A DNA stretch of 62,600 nucleotides, the filler included, from Collodictyon triciliatum (Eukaryota): assembly GCA_043381765.1 (NCBI GenBank). It is 4 parts of 4 records of this genome, joined end to end, with 100 filler letters (N's around TTAATTAATTAA, not from the genome) between each part and the next. Parts side by side here need not be neighbours in the genome. Positions count along the whole stretch, not along the records: positions 13,173 to 37,161 come from JBHJMP010000158.1; 3 more parts are not named here. One strand, 5' to 3'. A program made the translations under genes and the position numbers. Numbering within the stretch: position 1 is the first letter of the stretch; each line of letters starts with the position of its first letter. Below the pieces are notes generated by a model, which worked only from the letters and a program-made list of their open reading frames with translations, was not told where the DNA came from and did no database searches. This document shows positions 13,355-24,614 of the stretch, piece after piece.

Positions 13355-14414
13355 CTTGATAAGTCTAGGAATGCGAAGAAATGGAAGATAACTGAACCCG
13401 ATAATTAAAGAACACAAATCGTAAGGGAATTGGGCCAAAATATCCAGAATAAACCAAGAACGCATGTACCGAGAGCGAAGCTTCTTTTGATTAAATCTGA
13501 CAACCTTTATCAAATTTGTTGGATAGGGCTTAGTACTCGTTCTTTAATACAGATACTGATACATTTAACGAGCGAAACATCAAGGCGTATTTTCTATTCT
13601 TTCTTTTATAAGATTTTGGTGAAAACCTCGTCCATGCTTTGAGGTGTATAGAAATTCAGCCAAATATCGATGTAGAAGAAGAAATCAGTCATGTAGTCAA
13701 GGACCAAAATAAATGCTGGTTTTTTATTTAACTTCTTTAGTTCTATTGATCAGAAGCACACTGCTTCGATAATTAGTTGAGTTTTCAGTTATTAGTATAA
13801 ATATCGATATTCCCATTGAGTGTTGAGCATGAATTAAATTTGCACCTGCATAATCAACTTGAAAGGCACATCTGAATGGTATCAATAAAGCGTTGTAGAT
13901 CTTGATATTTAATAAGAAAAAACGAATATTCAGACGTATTTTCTTTTAAAATGATGCACCGAAATTTGGTGAGAGAATGTAGGCACAAACGAGTTCGTTT
14001 CAGATAAATAGCTATGTTTGACAAAAATGCAATTTGATGGATTGATACCGTGAAGCAAAATAGAGCCAGCTCCCAAACAAGGCGAATACGAGAGTAGGGA
14101 TGAAGCAGCGAGACGAGAATGATCACCCAACTGATAGGATGAAATTTCATGATGTTAAACCATGCATACTTTGATTGATGCATCGATATTTACTTATTTT
14201 CTTTTATTTGTGAGACATGTATTGCGCTTGACAAGAATACCTGTTGTTATCATCTCCCTCGAGGCTCTGTTGCAGCAAAAAGAGAAAGAAAGAATAATAA
14301 AAGGCAATAAGTCACCAAAACCTGGCAAGAGAAGACGAAATAGAATGCATTTAGCTGGGTGAATGAATAGTGATATGCCCGTACCAGTCCCTCGACGCTC
14401 TTTGACGGTCGCAT
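13355..14414 (-). CDS. Cyclic-nucleotide-gated/KCNH-type ion channel, 5' part (S1-S4) truncated by the gap
   Basis: Spliced exons give LLHPYSRIRLVWE (S1), IYNALLIPFRCAF, DYMTDFFFYIDIWLNFYT (S2), RYMRSWFILDILAQFPYD (S3) and FLRIPRLIK (S4). These match the voltage-sensor domain of CNBD channels. The start at 14414 is inferred. Confidence 0.8.
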
Positions 14415-15515
14415 GTACTAAGTCGCCTTCAGCGCAGATCCTTTAGAACGGATAAGCAATCAAAAGCTTTAGGAAGGCAAGTAGCGCGCAGTTACCTGAT
14501 ATATCTGAATACCCCACAACGTCGATGATGACAGACCTGCTTACTTTTCTTTAGTATTGAAAACAAGGCCTTGAAAATATCATGATCTACATTCTTTGGT
14601 TCGCTTCGATTTTCCTCCTTCTGTCTCTTTTCTTCACTTTTGGAGGCACAGCGATTTCATCCAACTCAGCATTCAATTTGAAGAGTCTCAAAAGACCCAC
14701 TTAGTCTATCTTTGTTTCTGAGACGATTTCTGCTTCGGATATGACGAAGCTTTTGCCTTCGCCATTCAAAAAAAAAAAAAAACTCAAATATTCGTCTTCA
14801 TGTTTGACTTTGCTTGTGAAAGCCAAAAACCACGATTCTAAGACCGCAGAAAGTCGATCCCATGGAAGGAAGATATGAAAGACAAGACTACAGCCACTTT
14901 TCAAGGGCCTCAATGCGCAAGGGCTATTAAGAAAACACCAAAGCAAGTAAAGGGGAAGAGTACAAAAGATATTTATATATATATAAATAAATAAATAAAA
15001 ATAGCAGCAGCCATGTCTAAGCATTGCCATAAACCCAAGACAAGAGTTCTGCTGCAGGTTTACAAGTGCGGATGAGCCTTCGATTCATAACCAAGCTTCG
15101 GCATTCGCCCCGCGCTTGTTGTCGGCTCACAGGTTTATGCGCTCATTGCGATGCTGCTTTTCAAAGACTTTGAGCCATCTTTTTCTTTTTCTTCATTTCC
15201 TTTATTTTCTTTCTTTTTCTTCCAAATATCTTTTTCAACTATTCGGCCAAAGGATACTTGTTTTCTCGTCATTTCCTGCCTGGTCGCACACGAACTTACG
15301 GATGGGATTCTGTGAAATATTCTAAATTTGGCTTCCACATGTGTCGATGGCCGTTACGGCTGTTCGTTGACCTTCTTGCTGGGTTTACATACAAGGTATC
15401 AGTCACCAAACTGGAGTTTGACAGCTTTTTTTATCACACAGACCGCAAGGTGCACACGAATCAGATCGGCTTGGCTGGTACTTACGACGAATCACCCAAC
15501 CGGGTGTATTAGCAT

Positions 15516-16221
15516 ATGAACTGTGTAGAGGAGCTGAACCCTGTCTACTGGCCATCTGGGCCGATCGCAAATTGCTCGCGACTTGACATCGGCTATAAGA
15601 CCCTGGCCTCAATCCCACCGCCCGCATTCCGCCTAACCCGCCTGGTTCGTTTTTGGGTGAACAACAATTGTTTGACTCGAATACCAGCAGAGGTATCGAG
15701 GCTAAGCAATTTGATAGAACTAGATGTATCTAGCAACTTCTTAACGTGTCTGCCTGTCGAGATATCTTCCTTGAAAAAACTCCAACATCTAGCTTTGTTT
15801 GATAATCAGCTGTCGTGTGTGCCACGTGTAGTATCGACCCTGACTAACCTTCGTTTTCTGGACATATCAATGAATCACATAACCTACATACATGATGAAC
15901 TATCTACGCTCTCTTCCCTCACAAGTTTGGGTCTACACGAGAATCCGGTGTGTCTTGATTTTTCCTCATTCTTGTTACTTTTTTGATATATTCAAGATCT
16001 TGTGTTTTGCCCCCAATTATAACAAACTTCATACCTATAAGATCGAGCAGCTCCCTTTGTCAATCACCGCTCTCGGATGCCTAAATGACTTGGGTATCGC
16101 CAGCATGACCGGTGGAGTAAATATTACTCGCGCCTATCGTGGGATAAGTCAACTTCCATGCTGGAACAATACAAGTCACACTGACTTCTCCTTCATCCGC
16201 GCGCTGAAACTGTATGAATAG
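15516..16221 (+). CDS. Small leucine-rich-repeat protein of about 200 aa, 2 exons
   Basis: Repeated LxxLxLxxNxLxxLP units (LSNLIELDVSSNFLTCLP, LKKLQHLALFDNQLSCVP, LTNLRFLDISMNHITYI). Intron at about 15948-16041. Confidence 0.85.
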
Positions 16222-16566
16222 TAAATTGCCTGCCCAGCTGATGCAAGTTGAGCACTTCCGAGGACCATTTATCTTTCAACGCACTCGCAAATACAGTTTA
16301 CATAAACAGTTCTGGGTAGTTCAAGGAATTAATTGCGTGTTGTAAAAAGTATTCTTCCCTCCTCGGGCACCCTGCACTATCTTTTCACCTGACAAACAAG
16401 GCCTGGCTCAAGACGAAGCTAAGACATTTCCCAAACATAAATATTGGAATAAAAATTTTACAAGATTTGTTTGTTTGCGGGTTTGTTAATTCGTTTGTGT
16501 GAAAAAAATTTTACGATTACTCTATTATATATCCCCAACGTGATTAAATGTAGTTACCACACTGTG

Positions 16567-16896
16567 ACAAAGACAGAGTTGAGAGGAACAGTAAAAAAAA
16601 ATCACAAAATACTCTTGCGCGAGAAAGAAAAGATACAAGGATTTTGGGATATGCATGGCAACAGGTTTACAAAGTGATATTTCTTTTGTTCCCAGGACTT
16701 CTGAAGAGAATCAGCGGCTTGAGACATCAAGAGTATCTTTAATCGATTTAGAGACAGAACTGAGAAAACAAAATTCATGCACGGTCGATTATGAACAATT
16801 TCGAGAATATGAATATGAAATCAAGGTATGAGATAGAATTTTCCAGATTTCATGAACACGTAACTTTTCGAAAGATGAGATGGAGACTGTATGTTA

Positions 16897-16943
<47 letters not shown>

Positions 16944-17316
16944 AAAAAGAAGTGAACAGTTGTTTATGGACCGAATCGAAAAGACATTTGGCAAGGATGT
17001 TGCACTGACATATGGAGACTGGAACAGAAAATGTCTGATGAAGCATTTTATGGCAACAATCGGAAGAGGATTACGAAAAATACTACCCGAACACTTTGAA
17101 ACGGTTAGTGTAGATGAATTTAGAACCTCCAAGGTGCGTTTTAACTGCGAAAAGGAACTGAATATATGAAACCGAAAGGAAAAACAAAAAAGCGTATATA
17201 GATGTCTCATATGTAAAGAATGCAATCGCTCAGAAAGCAAACAAAGTGTATTCTCGACAAGGGACTTTAACAGCGCTAATGATATACTCGACATAGTTAT
17301 TTTTAATCCTTCATAA
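16567..17316 (+). pseudogene. Decayed Fanzor (Fanzor1-type, TnpB-derived RuvC nuclease), C-terminal half
   Basis: Joined frames read KKNHKILLREKEK / LIDLETELRKQNSCTVDYEQFREY / FRKMRWRLYVNK / RSEQLFMDRIEKTFGKDVALTYGDWNR..MKHFMATIGRGLRKIL..FETVSVDEFRTSKVRFNC..*..YRCLICKEC..VFSTRDFNSANDIL. This gives GDW, VDEFRTS, a Zn ribbon and an RDxNSA RuvC-III motif in the expected order. Frameshifts and a TGA at 17167 are present. Confidence 0.85.
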
Positions 17317-17329
17317 TATGCACACACCG

Positions 17330-17490
17330 TCCTCTAAAAAAAAATAGGCTGTCGGGTCTTTCCTGACAGCCTCCACCACTACACAATCTTTGTGAAAAAA
17401 GTTGGCGAGACCTTGGATACCAGCACACCAGGTTTACCAACCTTTCGATTGGTATGCTCCTTCTAATTCTGGAATAAAATACGGCCGATG
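17330..17490 (+). ncRNA. Putative Fanzor omegaRNA (fRNA) scaffold
   Basis: Lies directly 3' of the Fanzor remnant. Contains an 11-bp stem (17346-17372), a 5-bp stem (17382-17394), a long stem-loop (17401-17441) and a possible pseudoknot (17417-17423 with 17449-17455). Confidence 0.55.
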
Positions 17491-17836
17491 TAATGCGGAA
17501 TCGAAGAAAATAAGGTTGGGTCTTGACAAGTGCTGTGCAGGAGCGTAGCTTCATTCAAATTGCCAATCGACATATGCGGCACACTCAATTCCAATGGGTG
17601 ATCCAGAATGACAGGTGTAGGGTGCGTTGTCACAATATGATGGTGTAAATTCCACAAAAGATTAAGCTCATTGCTGATTTGTAATGGAAGACACGAATCG
17701 AAAATTGTGTTGGAACCGTTCCAATCAACTCTGGGATCATAGAGATATCACCGTCGACCGGCTGCATATTGCTCGAGCGGAGCTGGACTGCGTTCAAGAG
17801 GAGGCGTGAGACAGAAGACAAAGCCAAGAGGAAGCC

Positions 17837-17868
<32 letters not shown>

Positions 17869-17924
17869 AAATGGAAATAAAGGAGGAGGAGCCTACTACC
17901 TTCGTTCTAACTGCAATCTCTTAG

Positions 17925-20567
17925 ATGGCTGTCCATGTGGAAATCTCTGAAGAAACGATCGACAAGTGTATGTACGTCGCATTTGGACTGATCATTTTCT
18001 CTGCGGTGTTTGAGCGTACGCTGCACTCCATGGAGCAGGTAGGCGCATTGTTAAGTTACCGCATATATAAGGAAAGAAACAAATAAAAGAAAAAAAAAAA
18101 AGAAAAGAGCACGCTGGGTCACCCAGATAATATTGTGATCGATTTCGTACCTCAGATTCTTAGGATTCATATTTTTTTTCTTTCCTGTTTCTGGTGATGT
18201 TCGATCGGAAAAATACGCATCTTTGTACCAACCCTAACTTCATATCTTCCTCTATTTTCTTCTTTGAAAAGTGGATCAGTATTTACGCTCGGTATTACGT
18301 GGAAACAGTGAACGTGATATACAAGGGTAAGTCACTTATATGTGATTGAAGACCATCAACCCTTCGCCCCGGTCTTGTGTATTTCTTGTCCTAGCGTGGT
18401 GTTTGGGTTGATTATCGAGCTTGAAGGAATATTTATTCGGTTTACATATGCATATTCATTCACATTCACATTCAATATATACTGAATTCTAATAAAAAAA
18501 ACCAAGTTTGCATAGTATTTCTTTGTCTTGGAAATTTTAATTAGGGTATTCTATCATTTTTCAATCAGAGCTCATGATGTTGGGAATCTTATCCCTCTTC
18601 CTGACCTTCCTTACCGCGCTTGTGTCGGATGAAAATTGGAGCTACTCATTTGAGTTTGTGCACTTGGCTCTTTTTATCTCCAGCAGTAAGTCACACAACT
18701 ACGCATGATAATATTTTAGGAGAACTACATTGAATATATAAACTACTTCCAAACAACAAAAAAAACAATCACTTGAGAATAATTCAGTTTGTATTATTAT
18801 CATTATAATGATCATTATGATCATACCCGTCACACTCATTAGTGGTTCATATTATTCTCGCCGTATTGATGGTTATCTTCGGAGTGAAATGGTGTCGATT
18901 CTGGAAAGAGGGCGAGAAGATGGGACTAAGTAAGTTTAAAAATTTAGCTTGATATTATCCAACACCCCCACTCTGACAAACCTGTCATATTAAAACGGTT
19001 TCTTACAAAGATTAAATTACCTTTGGCCCAGTAGATATATCTTTGATTCCATCTCTTTCAATTAATTGAATTCACTCTTTCATGTTCTGTTTGATATCTC
19101 TAGAGGCTGTCGAGTCGAAGCTAGAAGGCTTGCAATACGAAGCTGGATGGAAATTTGTCTTCAGCAATCTGAATATATTCATTCAAAAGAATCTCTTGGA
19201 GTGGAGAATGAATTTTCTTATTGTACGTGAAGTTTTCATTTGGCAGGTGAGATCATTATCTTATTTTTTGCCACATATATGAACAATTCTCTAACTCGAA
19301 AGTGCTTTGAGCATATCCATCGACACATAATTGAACCAAAAGAAACACTGATTAGTCAATCCAGATACTTTCGTTCAAATACATTCTAATTGAGGAGATA
19401 CATATCTAGAACGACCTCGAAGACTGGTTTGACTTTACTATGTACATTCGGAAAAGAGTTCGTGCGGCAGTTCGGCACCTGGTCGTCATTCACTACTCAG
19501 TTTGGGTCATTCTGTTGTGCATCTTGATGGTTGGGCTATTGGCTTACAAGGCCGAATTTCGTTCAGGGGAGGTATGATGCTTGTTATCATGGGGATTAAT
19601 ATGATATTACTACTCGAATAAGTCTGGTTTCATAAGCTGAAGTGACTAATAAAATGTTTTTTTTTTATATATAATCGCGGTTAAGTTGAAGAGGGTATAA
19701 TTAGCTTTTGAACATGTACTTATCAAGCTGTCAACAATTATGTCTCAGGAATCGTTCATCATCACTGCCTGGGTCAATTATTTACTTACTATAATCCTCT
19801 ACCTAAAAAGTCGCCAAATGATGAAGGAATTTATCCGCGACCACAAAACGATGCACCGACGACAAAAGAGCGAAGGTCCAAAAAGGAGAAACTCTACGAC
19901 CTCGTTCTACTCTGCTCTAGAGGAAAAATCCAAGTTTGTATCATTCTTACACACCCCTTCTCGCCAGTGAACATTTTGCCTCGTCTCTTCCCAACTTCCG
20001 ATATCTCTAAAGTAAAATGGGCATTCATTTCTCTCAATCGCATATGCTTCGACACACAGGCGTGCAAATCGCATTATACAAATGGAGGGAGAAGTTCAAC
20101 GCCAAATCTTTTGGTTGGGTTCACCTTCCACTTTTCGAAACAGTCTTCAGTTCGTACTGTTGTTCCATTCTCTTTGGCTTGCTGTATATGTGCTTTACTG
20201 GGCGTCTCGTTTCAGCTCTGCTGCCGGGCACATCAGCGCCTTCGTTCCTGTCGTTTTCATCGCATTTATGGTGACCCGCATCCTGCCCATATTCTCTCTG
20301 ATGTCCAGTGTCGGTTGCCTTACGTGTCAACAAAGCCTGGCGGAGTCCATCGCCAAACAGCGTCTCCTGCGAGAGGAAGGATCAAAAGGCTTGCAGGTCT
20401 CCATGGAAGCCGGAATGGCTTATGTCAACCCAGTTATACTTACCCCGGACAGGGAGGTCAAGATGGGCACGTCTGTCGACCGCCAGAAAGACTTTTCATC
20501 CTTCCTAGACGAGGAACAAGTCGATGCTGACCTACTGGATCTTCCAATCAGCCATGATTCCGATTAG
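17925..20567 (+). CDS. MLO: MLO-family multi-pass membrane protein, multi-exon
   Basis: MLO signatures YKELMMLGILSLFL, VHLALF, WFDFTMYIRK and QIFWLGSP, with hydrophobic helices in MLO order. GT-AG introns are phase-consistent. Confidence 0.78.
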
Positions 20568-20661
20568 AACGTCTATGGAAGATGCCTGCCAAAAGGCAGA
20601 CTTTCCACTGCAGCTGGGGTGTCTTATATTCTCTTTACAGGAGTTGACGCAGCCCAACCGG

Positions 20662-20662
<1 letters not shown>

Positions 20663-20722
<60 letters not shown>
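20663..20722. repeat. (CT)n microsatellite
   Basis: Perfect CT dinucleotide run. Confidence 0.95.
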
Positions 20723-20728
<6 letters not shown>

Positions 20729-21007
20729 TCTCTCCATCTCTTCAGAGTGGCTTGTTGATGCTCAGAGTGCTTCAATCATCGGGTCTTTACAAAGCACCGT
20801 ACTGCGACGTGGAATAAACTGACCATCCCTATCACTGCAGTCGACAACTTCAATACGATTATCTTAATTCTCATTCTCTTGTCCAGTAGGATCGTTTTCC
20901 AGGGGAGCAAGAAACGAAAAGAAAAAAAAGACATGTTCTGCGGTAGTCTAAACCGGAGGTGTAAACGATATCCTGCGAAATAAGAGATGGTGTTAAATAT
21001 TACGCTT

Positions 21008-22720
21008 TTAGATTATCAGGCACATGCCCCTGACACAGTCCTTTCGTTTTCTTTGTAAGTGTTTGAGAGCTCCTCTTCCAAACACAAAGCTTTCACCAGT
21101 AAACGAAGTGGCAGCACATTCGAACCATTCACTACCCTGCAATCCGACTTATGCTGCGTGGCTAACGGATGCCTCATCCACACCCTGAGACTTTACCACA
21201 CCCAAGACCCGCATGACAACCCCGGAACACTGGCCATGACGAGCGACGGTGTGGCCTCCAAAAAGCTGCAAAATCGTTTTACAAAGTACTCCCGATACAC
21301 AGACATAATCGATATCTACCACCGTAAAAATCAAAAAACGAAGAGGAAAATCAAAGCTCAGATGCTACAACTGACCCAGTACCACAGCGCACGGCACCTT
21401 GGTCGTCTTGAATCAGGCATATGAGAACGAAGAGACTAGCTCCGCAACACACTCGCCATGATGTTCATACATCAAATCTGTCAGGAATCATAAGAGATTT
21501 TTGAGCAATAACAAAAGAAAAAGAAAAAGAAAAAGAAAAAGAAAAAGAAAAAGAAAAAGAAAAAGAAAAAGAAAAAGAAAAAGAAAAAGAAAAAGAAAAA
21601 GAAAAAGAAAAAGAAAGAGAAAGAGAAAAAGAAAGAAAAAGAAAAAGAAAAAGAAGCATACGCAATGAAGATTGAGAGCAATCATGTGGCTGTTATCAGA
21701 TTTTGTGCATGGAGAATGCGTGTGAAGCAGTGTCTTATAGTGAAGGAGAGCTAGAATAAGCGAGGAGCGATATAATCTAAAAGCAGGGATGTTTTATCCC
21801 GAAAGCACATCTAAGCAGGTGTGGTGAACGGCTGGGAGATGGCGAATTGTGTGAGTTATGCATGAAATACAAAGCAGATATGATATAGAGTCCACTTTGC
21901 TGAGTGTAGAGAGAGGATATGCAGGATTAATGGGCAGCAGAGGACGAAGGGAGCGTGACGGAGCAGCCCGCAAGACCCATGCATCTTGTCTTTAGAAAAT
22001 CGGGACCGTACTTTTAGAGAGAAGTATTTACCAATCCGCAGCATCAAGGCCTCGCCACAGTAGCTTAAAAAAATAGCCAAAAAAGAAAGAAAATAAAGGA
22101 GTAAGAAAAGACAAGATTTTGGGACAGGGGCACCAACGACAATTATGTATTATGTATTATGGATAAGAAAGGGGTGTGGGAATCTCGGGATGCAGAGAAC
22201 GCGAGCACTGAGAAAGCTTAAGAATAGGGCAAGAGAAGTAAACAAAATGTTTGTTACAAGAGAAACATTGGTATGTAAGAAACATGATAAGAAAAGACCT
22301 ATATTCACTGGCGTAAACAACCATCAAAGGAGGCCGGTCGAAAACACCAGGCAAGAGTAATGCAGCGACTCTCGCAGTCGTCGCTATTGTGTGGGACTCG
22401 GATATGGGAGGGAAAGAGGGAAAGAGGGAGGAGAGGAGGATACTGCCAAGCCATAGTCTACAGAGTCATCGAAAATCAAGCAATCACACCGACTGTAGGT
22501 ACAAAGCTGCTAATTATACTTGAAAGAATCTATCTCCCTTAATACCTCGTCTCTGTTACTTTGTACGGTAAAGAAATGACTTATGCTTTTTGTTTTGTTT
22601 TGTTTGTTTGCTTTATCACTTGCTCTGTCGAATTGGATTAATTTCTCACATTCAAGGTCTGTGTGAGCTTCAACGCCAAGAAATGCATCATACAATCGAC
22701 ACTTGACAAAGTCACTATGG
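21008..22720 (-). CDS. Probable additional small 3' exons of the ankyrin gene, or a separate gene
   Basis: Several AG/GT-bounded, higher-GC blocks with open frames: DFVKCRLYDAFLGVEAHTDLECEKLIQFDR, ARVAALLLPGVFDRPPLMVVYASEY, YCGEALMLRI. The exact chain of exons is ambiguous. Confidence 0.3.
21513..21655. repeat. (AAAAAG)n microsatellite
   Basis: Tandem hexamer array. Confidence 0.9.
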
Positions 22721-22944
22721 CGACACCAAGGAATATCGCATAGAAAGAAGGAAAGAAGGGGAAAAAAAAACTATAGAGTATAAGGATATGTGATTGAACA
22801 GAAAACGGAAAACGAAAAAAAAAAAAGGATAAAGAAGTAAGAAAAAGGAAAAAGGAAAAAGGAAAACAAAAGAAAACAAAAGAAAACACGACTTTCATAA
22901 GCAACACAAGGGGCTTGAACATATCGAATGGTCCTGTACTAGCA

Positions 22945-24536
22945 TCAATCAAGGGCGATGTACAGTTCGTGCAACGGATTACGGTCTATTCGGAGCCAAT
23001 TGGGAAGTGAGTGTGCAGATACGACGAAACGGTGAAGATGAAACGAGTCCACAAGTGTTCGGCGCTCCACACGACGGTTCAGCCCTACAGCTAATTCTAC
23101 AAAACCACCTGCAATATCTGAGTGCTTATAACTCGCCAGATGCATGCCACGCTCGCGGGGGATTGTAATTATGTGTCCTGTGTTTGTGATTGCCTTTAAG
23201 GCCACTCCCCGACCAGGAACCTTGCTACCAAATCTGTCGTCATATCCGTCGTTCTCATCAGCATCGTAGTTCCCGTCCTGATCCTCATCCTCATCATCAT
23301 ACCCACTTTCCAACTGAGCACGCTTCACATCTGCATTCAATTCAGATCGACTCCTAATATATGAAGACAACGTCCGATGCTGCTCACCCCAAAATGCAAT
23401 CACACTCAAGTGAAGAGAGTCCCAGGCGCTGGTAGCCACATCCCACCGAAGGGTGTGTGCTCCTTCACCGAGTCCTGTTCGAGGTTCACCATGATGCATA
23501 TGTACTTTGGTGCCAAGTGTCTTGCTGTTGTTTGTGCTTGTCTGTTGCCCATCCTGGCGGTCAGCGATTGGGACTGAAGTCAACTCAACAGTGTCAGGTA
23601 AGTCTCCAGGAGTAATTTTTACATAGCCTGGATACTCTAGATGCCGATGGTGATAGCCTTGACGGTCACATATCTTCTCCCATAATTCGATGTCAGATGT
23701 CCAATCAAAGCATTTGTCAGTCAACAAAGTATCACGACAGTAGTACTCGAATCGCACAGTCAGATGCACTTTTCTTGACTGTCCCATTTTCATCAGACGC
23801 CAATGAAAAAGTTCTAGGTAATCCGTATCTTGATAAAGTCTTTTTTCTCTCACTTGCTCCTTTTCGAATTTCTTTTGCCTTTCCCAGCTGAAATGAGGCT
23901 CGATATCCCGAAGGCTGCGATTTTCAGAGGCTAAAATGTACATTTGCTCTTCTTGTGTGTTCCTTTCATGCAGGGAAAATTGTAACTCCTCAGATGAAGT
24001 ATCGTTTGTGCAAAGTGGAGTTGCCTTTTCTATACCTGTAGATTCGTCTACCGCGGAGGAATTGTCATCCAAGAGAAGGCATATGTACTCAGCCAATTCC
24101 TTTGGTAAGCATGCCATAGCCCAATCAGAGGCAGATGGTCGGGAAATACACTTATCAGGTTGGAGTTGTATCCTAAGTGTTACATAAACCACAACGAAAA
24201 ATATAAATAAGTAAGTGACAATTATCATTACCAATTATGTTCATGCATCGAAAAAAATTATTGAAATGGTTGTAATGGTCATTTGAAGAAGATGACTTGA
24301 GAAAACCATAATAAAAAAGAGAAAAATAGTTGGGGCAAGCTTTTTGAAAAAGGCCAATAGATTACTTTTCGTTCAGAAGGAATTTATCAATAACGAATGT
24401 TTTCCCGTTGGCAATTGCCCATATCAATGGCGTGTTCCCATTTTTATCACAGGCGTTGATATCAACATCCATCTTTAGGAGGATATCAACAATATCCACA
24501 TTTCCTGCCAAAGATGCGTAGTGGAGGCATGATGCT

Positions 24537-24614
<78 letters not shown>

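Noticed and set aside
16821-17327. 168-aa minus-strand ORF
   Set aside because: It is the antisense shadow of the Fanzor remnant and its poly-A run.
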